NCBI GenBank assembly: GCA_011050615.1
Contig: DRFJ01000050.1
Span: 64,509-128,508 of the forward strand
Length of the DNA stretch: 64,000 bases
Reading direction: 5' to 3'
DNA from: Bacteroidota bacterium
Lineage (GTDB): Bacteria; Bacteroidota; Bacteroidia; Bacteroidales; VadinHA17
Part shown: positions 10,464 to 19,793 of the stretch, piece after piece
Numbering within the stretch: the first letter of the stretch is position 1
How the letters are laid out: each line of letters opens with the position of its first letter
The notes under the pieces: model-generated
Databases searched by the model: none
What the model saw: only the letters and a program-made list of their open reading frames with translations
Told to the model about the DNA's origin: nothing
Program-made: the position numbers and the translations under genes

Positions 10464-10499
10464 AAAAAAAAGGACTGCCCCCGGGCAGTCCTTTTTTTT
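10464..10499 (+). terminator. Bidirectional intrinsic terminator after susD
   Basis: A8-GGACTGCCC-CC-GGGCAGTCC-T8. Confidence 0.92.
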
Positions 10500-10585
10500 C
10501 GTTCGGACAGGTTAATCTTAAATCCATTATTCCATTTAAAAAATCTGAATATCTTTGTAAACCTTATTATCATCTATCTGGGAAA

Positions 10586-12061
10586 GTGATGAACGAACTG
10601 GAAAAGTACTTTCAACAGTACAGGGATAATATAGTGGGTATTGATGCTCATTATGAATCTCCTTACGGGAAACAGCCTTTAATCTACTGTGACTGGATAG
10701 CCAGCGGAAGGTTATATGAACCCCTGGAAAGAAAGATCAGCGGTGAGTTCGGTCGGTTTGTTGCCAATACCCATACCGAGACCAGTGAAACGGGGAAACG
10801 CATGACCTGGGCTTATCATGAAGCCCAGAAAATAATCAAAAGACATGTAAACGCAGGTCCAAATGATGTACTTATTACAGCAGGATCGGGAATGACAACC
10901 GTCATAAACAAGTTTATGCGTATTATGGGCCTAAAAAGCTGCCAGCATACAGACCTGCCATGCCTGAAAAATATCGAAAAACCGGTCGTCTTTATTACAC
11001 ATATGGAGCATCACTCAAATCAGACCTCATGGTATGAGACACTCACTGATGTTGTTGTGCTCCCCCCGGGCGAAGACCTGCTGGTTGACCCCGGGATACT
11101 GAAACGGGAACTGAAGAAATATGAAGACAGGAAGTTTAAAATAGGCTCATTTACCGCATGCTCCAATGTTACGGGTGTAAGTACACCCTATTATGAGCTG
11201 GCAAAAACAATGCACGAACATGGAGGTATATGCCTTGTTGATTTTGCTGCCTCTGCACCTTATGTCGACATTAATATGCATCCCGCAGATCCTATGCAAA
11301 AACTGGATGCAATATTCTTTTCTCCCCATAAATTCCTGGGAGGACCGGGTTCTTCGGGAGTATTGGTGTTCGACTCAGCCCTTTATGAAAGAGAGGTGCC
11401 TGATAATCCTGGCGGAGGCACGGTAGACTGGACGAATCCCTGGGGAGAATACAAATATGTCGATGACATAGAGGCCAGGGAAGATGGTGGAACACCGGGT
11501 TTTATCCAGGCTATACGTACAGCCCTGGCCATCAGGCTAAAAGAACAGATGGGAACAAGCAGGATAAAGGAAAGGGAGGATCAGCTGGTACAAAGGACCT
11601 TCAGGGAACTGAGATCGATAAAGGGACTTAAGTTATTGGCTGATAATGTAGAAGAAAGACTGCCGGTATTCTCCTTTTATATCCGGGATATACATTATAA
11701 TCTGGTAGTCAAGGTTTTAAGCGACAGATATGGTATACAGACAAGGGGAGGGTGTGCATGTGCAGGTACCTATGGACATTACCTGCTGCAGGTGTCATAT
11801 GATAAAAGCCATAGGATCACTGAAAAGATCAACAGTGGTGACCTGTCTGAAAAACCCGGTTGGATAAGGATGTCGCTTCATCCTACCATGACTGATAATG
11901 AGCTGGATTATGTAATATCTGCAATAAGGGAAATAACTGAAAAAAAAGAGATCTGGAAGAAAGATTATCTTTACAGGAAAGGAAGTAACGAATTTATACA
12001 TAAGGATGAGTCAGGAATCTCAGTTGAACAGGTGAAAAGCTGGTTTAATATGAATAGTTAA
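10586..12061 (+). CDS. Class V PLP aminotransferase (cysteine desulfurase/selenocysteine lyase-like)
   Basis: EHHSN, DFAA, SPHKFLGGPG (PLP Lys), RGGCACAG Cys loop; TATCTTTG -7 box at 10550-10557. Confidence 0.88.
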   Translation: MMNELEKYFQQYRDNIVGIDAHYESPYGKQPLIYCDWIASGRLYEPLERKISGEFGRFVANTHTETSETGKRMTWAYHEAQKIIKRHVNAGPNDVLITAGSGMTTVINKFMRIMGLKSCQHTDLPCLKNIEKPVVFITHMEHHSNQTSWYETLTDVVVLPPGEDLLVDPGILKRELKKYEDRKFKIGSFTACSNVTGVSTPYYELAKTMHEHGGICLVDFAASAPYVDINMHPADPMQKLDAIFFSPHKFLGGPGSSGVLVFDSALYEREVPDNPGGGTVDWTNPWGEYKYVDDIEAREDGGTPGFIQAIRTALAIRLKEQMGTSRIKEREDQLVQRTFRELRSIKGLKLLADNVEERLPVFSFYIRDIHYNLVVKVLSDRYGIQTRGGCACAGTYGHYLLQVSYDKSHRITEKINSGDLSEKPGWIRMSLHPTMTDNELDYVISAIREITEKKEIWKKDYLYRKGSNEFIHKDESGISVEQVKSWFNMNS

Positions 12062-12070
12062 AAATTCATT

Positions 12071-13273
12071 ATGATAATCAAAGAAGTTGTTAACAGGAAG
12101 GAAAGTAGAAAATTTCTCAATTTTCATAAGACACACTACAGGGATGATCCGAACTGGGTATGTCCGCTTGATTCGGAATTCAAGGCAATATTTGACCCGT
12201 CAAAAAACAGGACCTTCAATCATGGCATACTGAAACGGTGGCTTCTTTACAACAGTGATAACAGTGTTATAGGACGCATAGCTGCCTTTGTTGATTATAA
12301 CCGGTCAAAAGCTTACAGACAGCCTACTGGCGGAATAGGCTTTTTTGAAGTCATTGAAGATGAAAAGGCTGCCTTCCTCCTCTTTGATACGGCAATCGCC
12401 TGGTTAAAGGAAAACGGGATGGAAGCTGTTGATGGCCCGGTGACATTCGGATCCAATGAATCAAACTGGGGATTGCTTGTAGAAGGCTTTGTTCAACAGG
12501 GTTACGGGATGCCCTATAATAAGAAATATTATAAAGATCTGTTTGAGAAATACGGTTTCCGGAATTATTTCAACCAGTATAGCTTCCACCGGGATATTGC
12601 ATCTGTAAACGTGTTCCCGGAGAGATTTATGAAAATAGCTGAATGGATTAGTCAGAGATCAGGCTATTCATTCGAACATTTTTCCTTTAGTAATCCCGAC
12701 AAATATGTTAATGACCTTGTTGATATTTATAATACCACATGGTCTGAATTCAGGGAGGATTTCCAGCCTATGGTGCCTTCTGATTTCAGGGAAACCGTTC
12801 AGAAGGGTAAAGCTTTCCTTGATGAGGAATTGATATGGTTTGCCTACCATAATGATGAGCCAATTGCCTTTTTTGTGCTCTTCCCTGACCTTAACCAGAT
12901 ACTCAAACACCTTAATGGCAAGCTGCATCTTTTGAACATCCTGAAATTCCTCTACCTGAAAAAAAGGAAGACCATGACACGCATGAGGGCAGTTGTGGCC
13001 GGGGTTAAACCAGCTTTCAGGAACAGCGGTGTTGAATCGGCTATCTTTAAATGCCTGTATAATGTTTTTATGAAAAAAAGATATTACAGGGAACTGGAAC
13101 TGTCATGGGTGGGCGATTTCAACAAGCCCATGCTTTCGGTTTATAAGGCTATCGGTGCAGAACATGCAAAAACACACGTCACCTACAGGTATTTAATAAA
13201 TAATAATATAGAATTTATTCGCCTGGAGGATGAAATGAAGGGCCTGGTTGAAGGCAAGGAAGAAAAATCGTAG
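12071..13273 (+). CDS. YghO/bCerS-like double-GNAT acyltransferase
   Basis: WVCPL..FDPSKN, GRIAA, GFFE, GP..F...WGLLVEGF, YNKKYY and ELSWVGDFN motifs of the YghO-type GNAT family. Confidence 0.7.
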   Translation: MIIKEVVNRKESRKFLNFHKTHYRDDPNWVCPLDSEFKAIFDPSKNRTFNHGILKRWLLYNSDNSVIGRIAAFVDYNRSKAYRQPTGGIGFFEVIEDEKAAFLLFDTAIAWLKENGMEAVDGPVTFGSNESNWGLLVEGFVQQGYGMPYNKKYYKDLFEKYGFRNYFNQYSFHRDIASVNVFPERFMKIAEWISQRSGYSFEHFSFSNPDKYVNDLVDIYNTTWSEFREDFQPMVPSDFRETVQKGKAFLDEELIWFAYHNDEPIAFFVLFPDLNQILKHLNGKLHLLNILKFLYLKKRKTMTRMRAVVAGVKPAFRNSGVESAIFKCLYNVFMKKRYYRELELSWVGDFNKPMLSVYKAIGAEHAKTHVTYRYLINNNIEFIRLEDEMKGLVEGKEEKS

Positions 13274-13290
13274 AATTTGCAAGGCAATTC

Positions 13291-13321
13291 TTTGTGTTTT
13301 AATAATTCTTGATTAATTTTG
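13291..13321 (+). promoter_or_regulatory. Primary-sigma promoter of rpmE2
   Basis: TTTG (13291-13294), 19 nt spacer, TAATTTTG (13314-13321). Confidence 0.65.
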
Positions 13322-13359
13322 CGTGCCCTAAGAGTAAGAATTTTAATAAAAAAAGAGAG

Positions 13360-13626
13360 ATGAGAAAGGGAATACATCCGGAAAATTACAGGTATGTCGT
13401 GTTTAAGGACATGTCAAACAATACATCCTTTTTAACAAAATCTGCCGCTCCCTCCAAGGAAACGGTAAAGTGGGAGGATGGCAACGAATACCCGCTGATT
13501 AAACTCGAGATATCCGATACATCACATCCTTTTTATACAGGAAAGATGAAACTGGTTGACACTGCAGGAAGGGTAGACAAGTTCATGAATCGATATAAAA
13601 CACATATTGATAAAAAGAAAAAGTAA
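13360..13626 (+). CDS. rpmE2: 50S ribosomal protein L31 type B
   Basis: [11 protein letters not shown]...SHPFYTGK...GRVDKF; no Zn-binding CxxC; true start ATG 13360. Confidence 0.96.
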   Translation: MRKGIHPENYRYVVFKDMSNNTSFLTKSAAPSKETVKWEDGNEYPLIKLEISDTSHPFYTGKMKLVDTAGRVDKFMNRYKTHIDKKKK

Positions 13627-13645
13627 GGCAGAAATATACGCCTGT

Positions 13646-13675
13646 AAAGCCCCTGGTTACAGGGGCTTTTTTTTT
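13646..13675 (+). terminator. Intrinsic terminator after rpmE2
   Basis: AAAGCCCCTG-GTTA-CAGGGGCTTT plus T tract. Confidence 0.9.
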
Positions 13676-13696
13676 GACCGGACTACCCCTGAGAAC

Positions 13697-13711
13697 TGGC
13701 ATGATGATTGC
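13697..13711 (+). promoter_or_regulatory. Putative sigma54 -24/-12 promoter of lon
   Basis: TGGCATGATGATTGC, i.e. GG-N10-GC, about 70 nt upstream of the lon ATG. Confidence 0.55.
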
Positions 13712-13779
13712 CGGAACGAGAAGGACCCAAAAATTAATTGATTTGTGAAAACAAAATGTAATTTTGACATGTCAGAAAT

Positions 13780-16236
13780 ATGAAAAGTAAGCAAAATAAA
13801 GCATTGAATAATATTTTTTTACCAGAGATAGTGGATAATGAAGGTGAAATAATACCCATTATTGCAGATAATGATGATATGGAAATGGACGAATCACAGG
13901 TGCCTGATGAATTGCCGGTATTGTCTTTGCGTAATAATGTTCTTTTCCCCGGCGTTGTATTACCTATCTCAATAGGCAGGGCAAAATCTGTCAAACTGAT
14001 ACGGGATGCCTACCAGGGCGACAGGCTTGTGGGTGCTGTAGCCCAGGTTGATCCGGAGATAGAAGACCCCAGGTTTACCGACCTTCACAGGATAGGGACT
14101 GCAGGGCATATAATTAAGCTTCTTGAAATGCCCGACGGCTCAACTACGGCAATTATTCAGGGCAGGAAAAGGATTGAGTTCACAGAAGCAGTGAAGACCG
14201 ATCCTTACCTTATAGCAAGGGTGATAGTGCGACCCGAACAAAAAACAAAGGAAAGAACAAGGGAATTCGATGCAATTGTAAGTTCTCTTAAGGATCTTTC
14301 GCTCAGAATAATAAAGCTGAACCCGACTATGGCCCAGGAGGCTTCTTTTGCCATCAAGAATATTGAGAATAAATCGTACCTGATAAACTTTATCTGCTCA
14401 AATACAGAACTGAAAGTAAAGGAGAAGCAAAGACTTCTGGAAGCAAACAGCCTGCACGACAGGGGCATTATGCTACTGGAGAATCTGGTGCAGGAAATGC
14501 AGCTCCTGGAACTGAAGAATGAATTGCAGTCAAAGGTCAAATCCGACCTTGACCAGCAGCAGAGGGAATTTATGCTGCTTCAGCAGATGAAAACAATACA
14601 GAATGAACTGGGTGATAATCCGCAGGAAAAGGAAATTGAGGAATTCAGGGAAAAGGCAAAGGACAAAAAATGGACCGGGGAAGTTGAAGAAGTATTTGAA
14701 AAGGAACTGAATAAACTTCAGAAACTGAATCCTGCTGCAGCTGAATATTCCGTTCAGGTAAACTACCTGCAGACATTGGTCGATCTTCCCTGGGGTGAGT
14801 TCACAGAGGATAACCTTGACCTTGAACATGCCAGGAATATCCTTGACCAAGATCACTACGGCCTGGAGGAGGTTAAAGACAGGATTCTCGAGCATCTTGC
14901 TGTAATAAAGCTTAAGGGAAACCTTAAATCACCCATCCTCTGTCTTTACGGACCTCCCGGTGTGGGAAAAACCTCACTTGGCAGGTCGGTAGCCAGAGCC
15001 CTTGGCAGGCAGTATGTAAGGATGTCACTGGGCGGACTGCATGACGAGGCTGAAATAAGAGGGCATCGCAAAACATATATAGGGGCAATGCCAGGCAGAG
15101 TGATACAAAACATAAAAAAAGCTGCTTCATCAAATCCTGTCTTTATACTGGATGAAATAGACAAGGTAGGTAAGGATTTCCGGGGTGACCCGGCTTCAGC
15201 CTTGCTTGAAGTACTCGACCCTGAACAAAACAGCGCCTTCCATGATAACTTCCTTGAACTGGATTATGACCTGTCCAATGTATTGTTTATTGCAACTGCA
15301 AACACCCTATCTACAATAAGCCCTGCATTAAGGGACAGGATGGAACTGATTGAAATAAACGGCTACCTGCTGGAGGAAAAGATAGAAATTGCCAGGAGGC
15401 ACCTGCTTCCCAAACAACTCGATAATCATGGGGTAAAGAAAACACAGTTCAGGCTTAACCGTTCTGTACTTACAGGCCTGATTGATAATTATACAAGGGA
15501 ATCCGGGGTCAGGGAACTGGATAAGAGGCTGGCTAAACTCATACGAAGCACGGCCCGGGATATAGCTTACGGCAAAGAACCGGATATATCGCCCGATTAT
15601 GAGAAGATAAGCTCCATCCTCGGGCCACCTAAATACAACAGGGAGCAGTATTCGGGTAATGAACAGGCAGGGGTGGTTACCGGCCTGGCATGGACAGCTG
15701 CCGGAGGAGAGATACTATTTATCGAAACAAGCCTTAGCAGGGGAACAGGAAAACTCACCCTGACGGGGAATCTTGGTGATGTGATGAAAGAATCAGCCAT
15801 TATCGCCCTTGAATATCTTAAATCACATGCCGACCTGATTGGCCTCCCTGATAATTTTTCGGATAACTGGAATGTCCATCTTCATGTTCCGGAAGGAGCC
15901 ATACCAAAAGACGGCCCGTCAGCCGGAATCACAATGGCAGCATCAATGGCCTCTGCATTCACCCAGCGTAAAGTGAAGAAAAACATTGCAATGACAGGGG
16001 AGATAACCCTCAGGGGCAAAGTGCTTCCCGTGGGCGGGATAAAGGAGAAAATCCTGGCTGCCCGCAGAGCCGGACTTAAGGAAATAATACTATCCTCCGG
16101 GAACAGGAAAGATGTTAACAGCATTAAGGATGTATACCTTAAGGGGCTTAAATTTTCTTATGTAGAGACAATTATGGATGTCCTCGATTTATCACTTCTT
16201 AAGCAGAAGGTTGTAAATCCTAAAAGGATAGTTTAA
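13780..16236 (+). CDS. lon: ATP-dependent protease La
   Basis: LON N-domain, GPPGVGKTS Walker A, DEIDK, PKDGPSAG catalytic Ser, GGIKEK. Confidence 0.98.
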   Translation: MKSKQNKALNNIFLPEIVDNEGEIIPIIADNDDMEMDESQVPDELPVLSLRNNVLFPGVVLPISIGRAKSVKLIRDAYQGDRLVGAVAQVDPEIEDPRFTDLHRIGTAGHIIKLLEMPDGSTTAIIQGRKRIEFTEAVKTDPYLIARVIVRPEQKTKERTREFDAIVSSLKDLSLRIIKLNPTMAQEASFAIKNIENKSYLINFICSNTELKVKEKQRLLEANSLHDRGIMLLENLVQEMQLLELKNELQSKVKSDLDQQQREFMLLQQMKTIQNELGDNPQEKEIEEFREKAKDKKWTGEVEEVFEKELNKLQKLNPAAAEYSVQVNYLQTLVDLPWGEFTEDNLDLEHARNILDQDHYGLEEVKDRILEHLAVIKLKGNLKSPILCLYGPPGVGKTSLGRSVARALGRQYVRMSLGGLHDEAEIRGHRKTYIGAMPGRVIQNIKKAASSNPVFILDEIDKVGKDFRGDPASALLEVLDPEQNSAFHDNFLELDYDLSNVLFIATANTLSTISPALRDRMELIEINGYLLEEKIEIARRHLLPKQLDNHGVKKTQFRLNRSVLTGLIDNYTRESGVRELDKRLAKLIRSTARDIAYGKEPDISPDYEKISSILGPPKYNREQYSGNEQAGVVTGLAWTAAGGEILFIETSLSRGTGKLTLTGNLGDVMKESAIIALEYLKSHADLIGLPDNFSDNWNVHLHVPEGAIPKDGPSAGITMAASMASAFTQRKVKKNIAMTGEITLRGKVLPVGGIKEKILAARRAGLKEIILSSGNRKDVNSIKDVYLKGLKFSYVETIMDVLDLSLLKQKVVNPKRIV

Positions 16237-16245
16237 ATTTATATC

Positions 16246-16728
16246 ATGGAAAATACAGGAAAGAAAATAGCAGTGTTCCCGGGATCATTCGACCCCTTCA
16301 CACGTGGACATGAATCAATAGTGAACAGGGCCCTCAGCCTTTTTGATGAAATTATAATTGCAATAGGGGCAAATGCCCTGAAAGATGGCTTTTTTACACT
16401 GGAGAACAGGAAAAGGATGATAAGCGATGTTTTTAAGGGTATTGATATGGTGAAGGTGTCACATTATGAGGGTCTTACGGTTGATTTTTGCAGGAGAAGC
16501 AATGCCGGTTTCCTTCTCAGGGGCATAAGAACCGCTGCTGACTTTGAATATGAAAGAGCAATTGCACAACTGAATAAGGCCATGGCACCTGAAATAGAAT
16601 CAGTCATGCTGCTGACTGCACCGGAAATGACACCGATCAACAGTACCATAGTACGCGATATAATCCGGAACGGGGGTGATGCGTCAAAATTCCTCCCATC
16701 AAGCATTGATATAAATAATTACCGCTAG
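16246..16728 (+). CDS. coaD: Phosphopantetheine adenylyltransferase
   Basis: FPGSFDPFTRGH, RGIRTAADFEYE, INSTIVR. Confidence 0.97.
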   Translation: MENTGKKIAVFPGSFDPFTRGHESIVNRALSLFDEIIIAIGANALKDGFFTLENRKRMISDVFKGIDMVKVSHYEGLTVDFCRRSNAGFLLRGIRTAADFEYERAIAQLNKAMAPEIESVMLLTAPEMTPINSTIVRDIIRNGGDASKFLPSSIDINNYR

Positions 16729-17250
16729 ATGAAATTATTTCTGACGGCTGTCCTGATTATCCTGAGTCCGGCAGCAATCAGTGGCATTGATGTGCTGTTG
16801 GAAGGGTATGCCCCGGGGGCAGCCGGTAAACAAATACATGTTTTCAAGCTTCCTGACCCCGTAAGGGGTAAAAAGGTGTTGATTGACAGGCTCAGGGTAG
16901 ATATCAATGATAAATTTAATATCAGGAAAACATAAAACACCTGATCCGGATGATATTGAATTGACAAAAAATACATTCTCTCCACGAATGCCTTCTTATG
17001 CCGAACTGGTAAAACAGGTGTTTAATGGCTGCCTGAGCCGGCTTATGAGAAATATGATTTTATTTTCCTTGACGGATCAGTATCAGAAAAGCTTCTGAAT
17101 GATTACGAGATAAGGTATCTGCCGGCTTTTTATTTTCTTGACAGGGAAACGAAACTGATATAGTCTCCTGCAGCCATGCCTTCAGAAAACCTGAGGCAGT
17201 CAGTTGTCTCCAAGATAAATGAGAGCTTCATTTATGACTCCGGAAATTGA
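16729..17250 (+). pseudogene. Fragmented TlpA/redoxin-like exported protein
   Basis: Signal-peptide fragment (frame 1, to 16935), a middle fragment (frame 2), and a C-terminal thioredoxin-like fragment KYDFIFLDGS..LLNDYEIRYLPAFYFLDRETKLI*SPAAMPSENL (frame 1, in-frame TAG at 17161). Confidence 0.6.
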
Positions 17251-17820
17251 AGGCCATGTATTTTTATGTACATCTTCTATTTCATCCCTTCCAAACCATC
17301 TTAGCCCGCTGATGCCTTCCGCAACCTGGGGAAGGGCTTTCCCTTCGCCGTTGTAATCAAATATATACCAGTTTGTTTCTTTCAAAATCCAGTTATCACC
17401 CAGGGGATAAATATGATATGTTGGTTTGAGAATTGCCAGCCGCGTTCCCGGTATAAGTCCTGTTTCCTCCTCTATTTCCCTTCTTGCGCATTTCTCCAGG
17501 GCTTCGTTTCCTGACAGGTGGCCTTTGGGAATATCCCATTTACCGTTTCTTCTGATAAATAATAGTTTTCCATAATTGTTTACCAGTAAGCCACCAGCTG
17601 CAGTCCTGTTTTCAAAGTATGCCCTGAAGGCTTCCCATAAACTATTTATCTCCTGAAAATAAATGTTAAACGTGCGAAATTTATCATTTTCAATAAAGCC
17701 TGAAATTTTGGCATAAAGCTCGTCTTTATGATGGTATTTGTGTAATAAGCAGTATTTTTGCTCCAGGTCGGGCTGACCGCTGATTACTATATAACTTTTA
17801 TTGAAATAAACTTTATACAT
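17200..17820 (-). CDS. NUDIX hydrolase
   Basis: Nudix box KGHLSGNEALEKCARREIEEETG; MYKVYFN start typical of the Bacteroidota pyrE-linked NUDIX. Confidence 0.9.
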   Translation of the reverse strand: MYKVYFNKSYIVISGQPDLEQKYCLLHKYHHKDELYAKISGFIENDKFRTFNIYFQEINSLWEAFRAYFENRTAAGGLLVNNYGKLLFIRRNGKWDIPKGHLSGNEALEKCARREIEEETGLIPGTRLAILKPTYHIYPLGDNWILKETNWYIFDYNGEGKALPQVAEGISGLRWFGRDEIEDVHKNTWPSISGVINEALIYLGDN

Positions 17821-17826
17821 CAGTTT

Positions 17827-18459
17827 ATGGAAAACACTGCAAAAACGATTGCCGCTTACCTCTTACAAATTAAAGCAATAAAACTGCAACCGTCAAATCC
17901 TTTTACATGGGCCTCAGGATGGAAGTCTCCAATATATTGTGATAACAGGAAAACACTTTCTTTTCCCGACGTGAGGCAGGCAATAAGGGAATCTTTTGTC
18001 CGGGTGATAAAAGAAAAATTCCCTGATGCAGAACTGATTGCCGGGGTGGCCACCGGTGCTATTGCACACGGAGTACTGGTAGCGGAAGCCATGGGCCTTC
18101 CTTTTGTATATGTCCGTTCAGGGGCTAAAGAACATGGCCTGCGTAACCAGATAGAGGGATTTTATAAAAAGGGACAGAAAGTGGTTGTCATCGAAGACCT
18201 GGTCTCTACCGGGGGGAGCAGCCTGAGAGCTGTCAGTGCCCTCAGAGAGGCTGGCTGTAATGTCATGGGAATGATAGCTATATTTACCTATGGTTTTCAG
18301 AAAGCCAGTGATAACTTTAGTGCCAGTGAAGTCACACTGTTTACACTGAGTGACTATAATACCCTCATTGATAAGGCATTATCGACAGGCTTCATTGCCC
18401 TTAATGATATCGACACACTTAAAGAATGGAGACAGGACCCATCAAACTGGGGTAAATAG
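17827..18459 (+). CDS. pyrE: Orotate phosphoribosyltransferase
   Basis: FTWASGWKSPIYCDNR, PRPP motif VVVIEDLVSTGGS; start ATG 17827. Confidence 0.96.
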   Translation: MENTAKTIAAYLLQIKAIKLQPSNPFTWASGWKSPIYCDNRKTLSFPDVRQAIRESFVRVIKEKFPDAELIAGVATGAIAHGVLVAEAMGLPFVYVRSGAKEHGLRNQIEGFYKKGQKVVVIEDLVSTGGSSLRAVSALREAGCNVMGMIAIFTYGFQKASDNFSASEVTLFTLSDYNTLIDKALSTGFIALNDIDTLKEWRQDPSNWGK

Positions 18460-18466
18460 AGTAACT

Positions 18467-18898
18467 ATGGATAATTTTTCTTTATATGAGAGCAGGGTAG
18501 GAAAAATCAGGTCTGGAGCAAAGGAAATTTTTTCCTTCGTTACCGATATGAGAAATTTCAGCAGGTTTTTGCCCGGACATACAATTGAGAACTGGAAAGC
18601 ATCGGTCGATGAATGTTCATTTGAAGTATCGATGGTGGGTGAGGCCAGGATCAGGATTGTGCAAAAAGACCCTTGTAATACAGTAAAATATACAGGCTAC
18701 GGTCTTAATAATACGCAATTTTACCTGTGGATCCAGACGAAAGAAGTGGGTGATAAGGATACCAGGATAAAATTGACAATCAAAGCTGATCTGAATCCCG
18801 GGCTGAAAATGATTGCATCAAAACCCATAAACGACTTTCTCAACAAACTGGTAGGCGGGATGGAAGAATTCAATGACTGGGAAAATACTAAGGAATAA
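18467..18898 (+). CDS. SRPBCC/START-like family protein
   Basis: 143 aa from ATG 18467; IFSFVTDMRNF..W..S.D.CSF and LNP.LKM.ASKP pattern; usual pyrE neighbour. Confidence 0.75.
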   Translation: MDNFSLYESRVGKIRSGAKEIFSFVTDMRNFSRFLPGHTIENWKASVDECSFEVSMVGEARIRIVQKDPCNTVKYTGYGLNNTQFYLWIQTKEVGDKDTRIKLTIKADLNPGLKMIASKPINDFLNKLVGGMEEFNDWENTKE

Positions 18899-19628
18899 AT
18901 TTAATCTCATTTAAACCGTATATACCGGTTTTTCCATCATTCATCCTTATTTTTATACGTCCATACCTGTCAACCCCTCTGATAATTCCCCTGACTCTGC
19001 TTTTGTTGATAATAAAATCAGATTCTGTGTTAAGCCTGTAAAGCTTCTTTTGATATTTTTCATTTATTTCGGCAAAAAGGCCTTCCTTCAGCCTGCCGTA
19101 CCATAGATCGAGTATCTGGCTAAAATCCGAAAGCAATGTATCAGTATTATATTCACGCTTATTTATAATGTATAAGGAAACAGGATTTGGCAAGTCCTCC
19201 GGGAAGTCAGCCTGGTTAATATTTATACCGGCACCTGCAATGCAACTCTGTATCTTATTTCCCTCAAGCGAAGCTTCTATCAGGATACCTGCAATTTTGT
19301 CATCTTTAAAATAAATGTCATTTGGCCATTTTATACTTATTGAGCCCGAATAGGGTTCCAGAAGATCACATATTGCAAGTGATATGATTTTTGAAACCAT
19401 GAACTGCTCGTCTGCATGCAAAAAACAGGGGAGAAGTATTACGCTAAAGGTCAGGTTCTTACCCGCTTCGCTTATCCAGGCATTTCCCTTTCTCCCCCTG
19501 CCCATGCTCTGCTCACGGGCATAAATCACTGTGCCTTCCGGAGCGGCATTGGCAGCCAGCATTTCAGCTGCCAGATCATTGGTTGATGACACTTTTTCAC
19601 GATATATTATTTTTGAGGCTATTGGCAT
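18888..19628 (-). CDS. birA: Biotin--[acetyl-CoA-carboxylase] ligase (no HTH)
   Basis: SSTN, QSMGRGRKGNAW, IKWPND, KIAGILIE. Confidence 0.95.
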   Translation of the reverse strand: MPIASKIIYREKVSSTNDLAAEMLAANAAPEGTVIYAREQSMGRGRKGNAWISEAGKNLTFSVILLPCFLHADEQFMVSKIISLAICDLLEPYSGSISIKWPNDIYFKDDKIAGILIEASLEGNKIQSCIAGAGININQADFPEDLPNPVSLYIINKREYNTDTLLSDFSQILDLWYGRLKEGLFAEINEKYQKKLYRLNTESDFIINKSRVRGIIRGVDRYGRIKIRMNDGKTGIYGLNEIKFIP

Positions 19629-19793
19629 GTTAATCAGGTTGTTATGTCAAATTATTACAATGGGTTCACTGTATATGTCATAATTGCAGAATCTGGCACT
19701 GTAATTGTAAAACTTATGATGCTATAACAAAAGTAAAAATAATGTTCGTATTTTTGTGGGCGCTAATAATGTAATAAACAGAATCTGAGATTA

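Noticed and set aside
13309-13359. N-terminal extension of L31 in the ORF track
   Set aside because: It overlaps the promoter; the conserved protein starts at ATG 13360. Similar over-extensions were trimmed for pyrE, SRPBCC, DUF4492, pssA, ridA, the M1 peptidase and the amidohydrolase.
17161-17163. In-frame TAG as pyrrolysine or stop readthrough
   Set aside because: The surrounding gene also has frameshifts and deletions, and TAG is a normal stop elsewhere (susD, coaD, pyrE).
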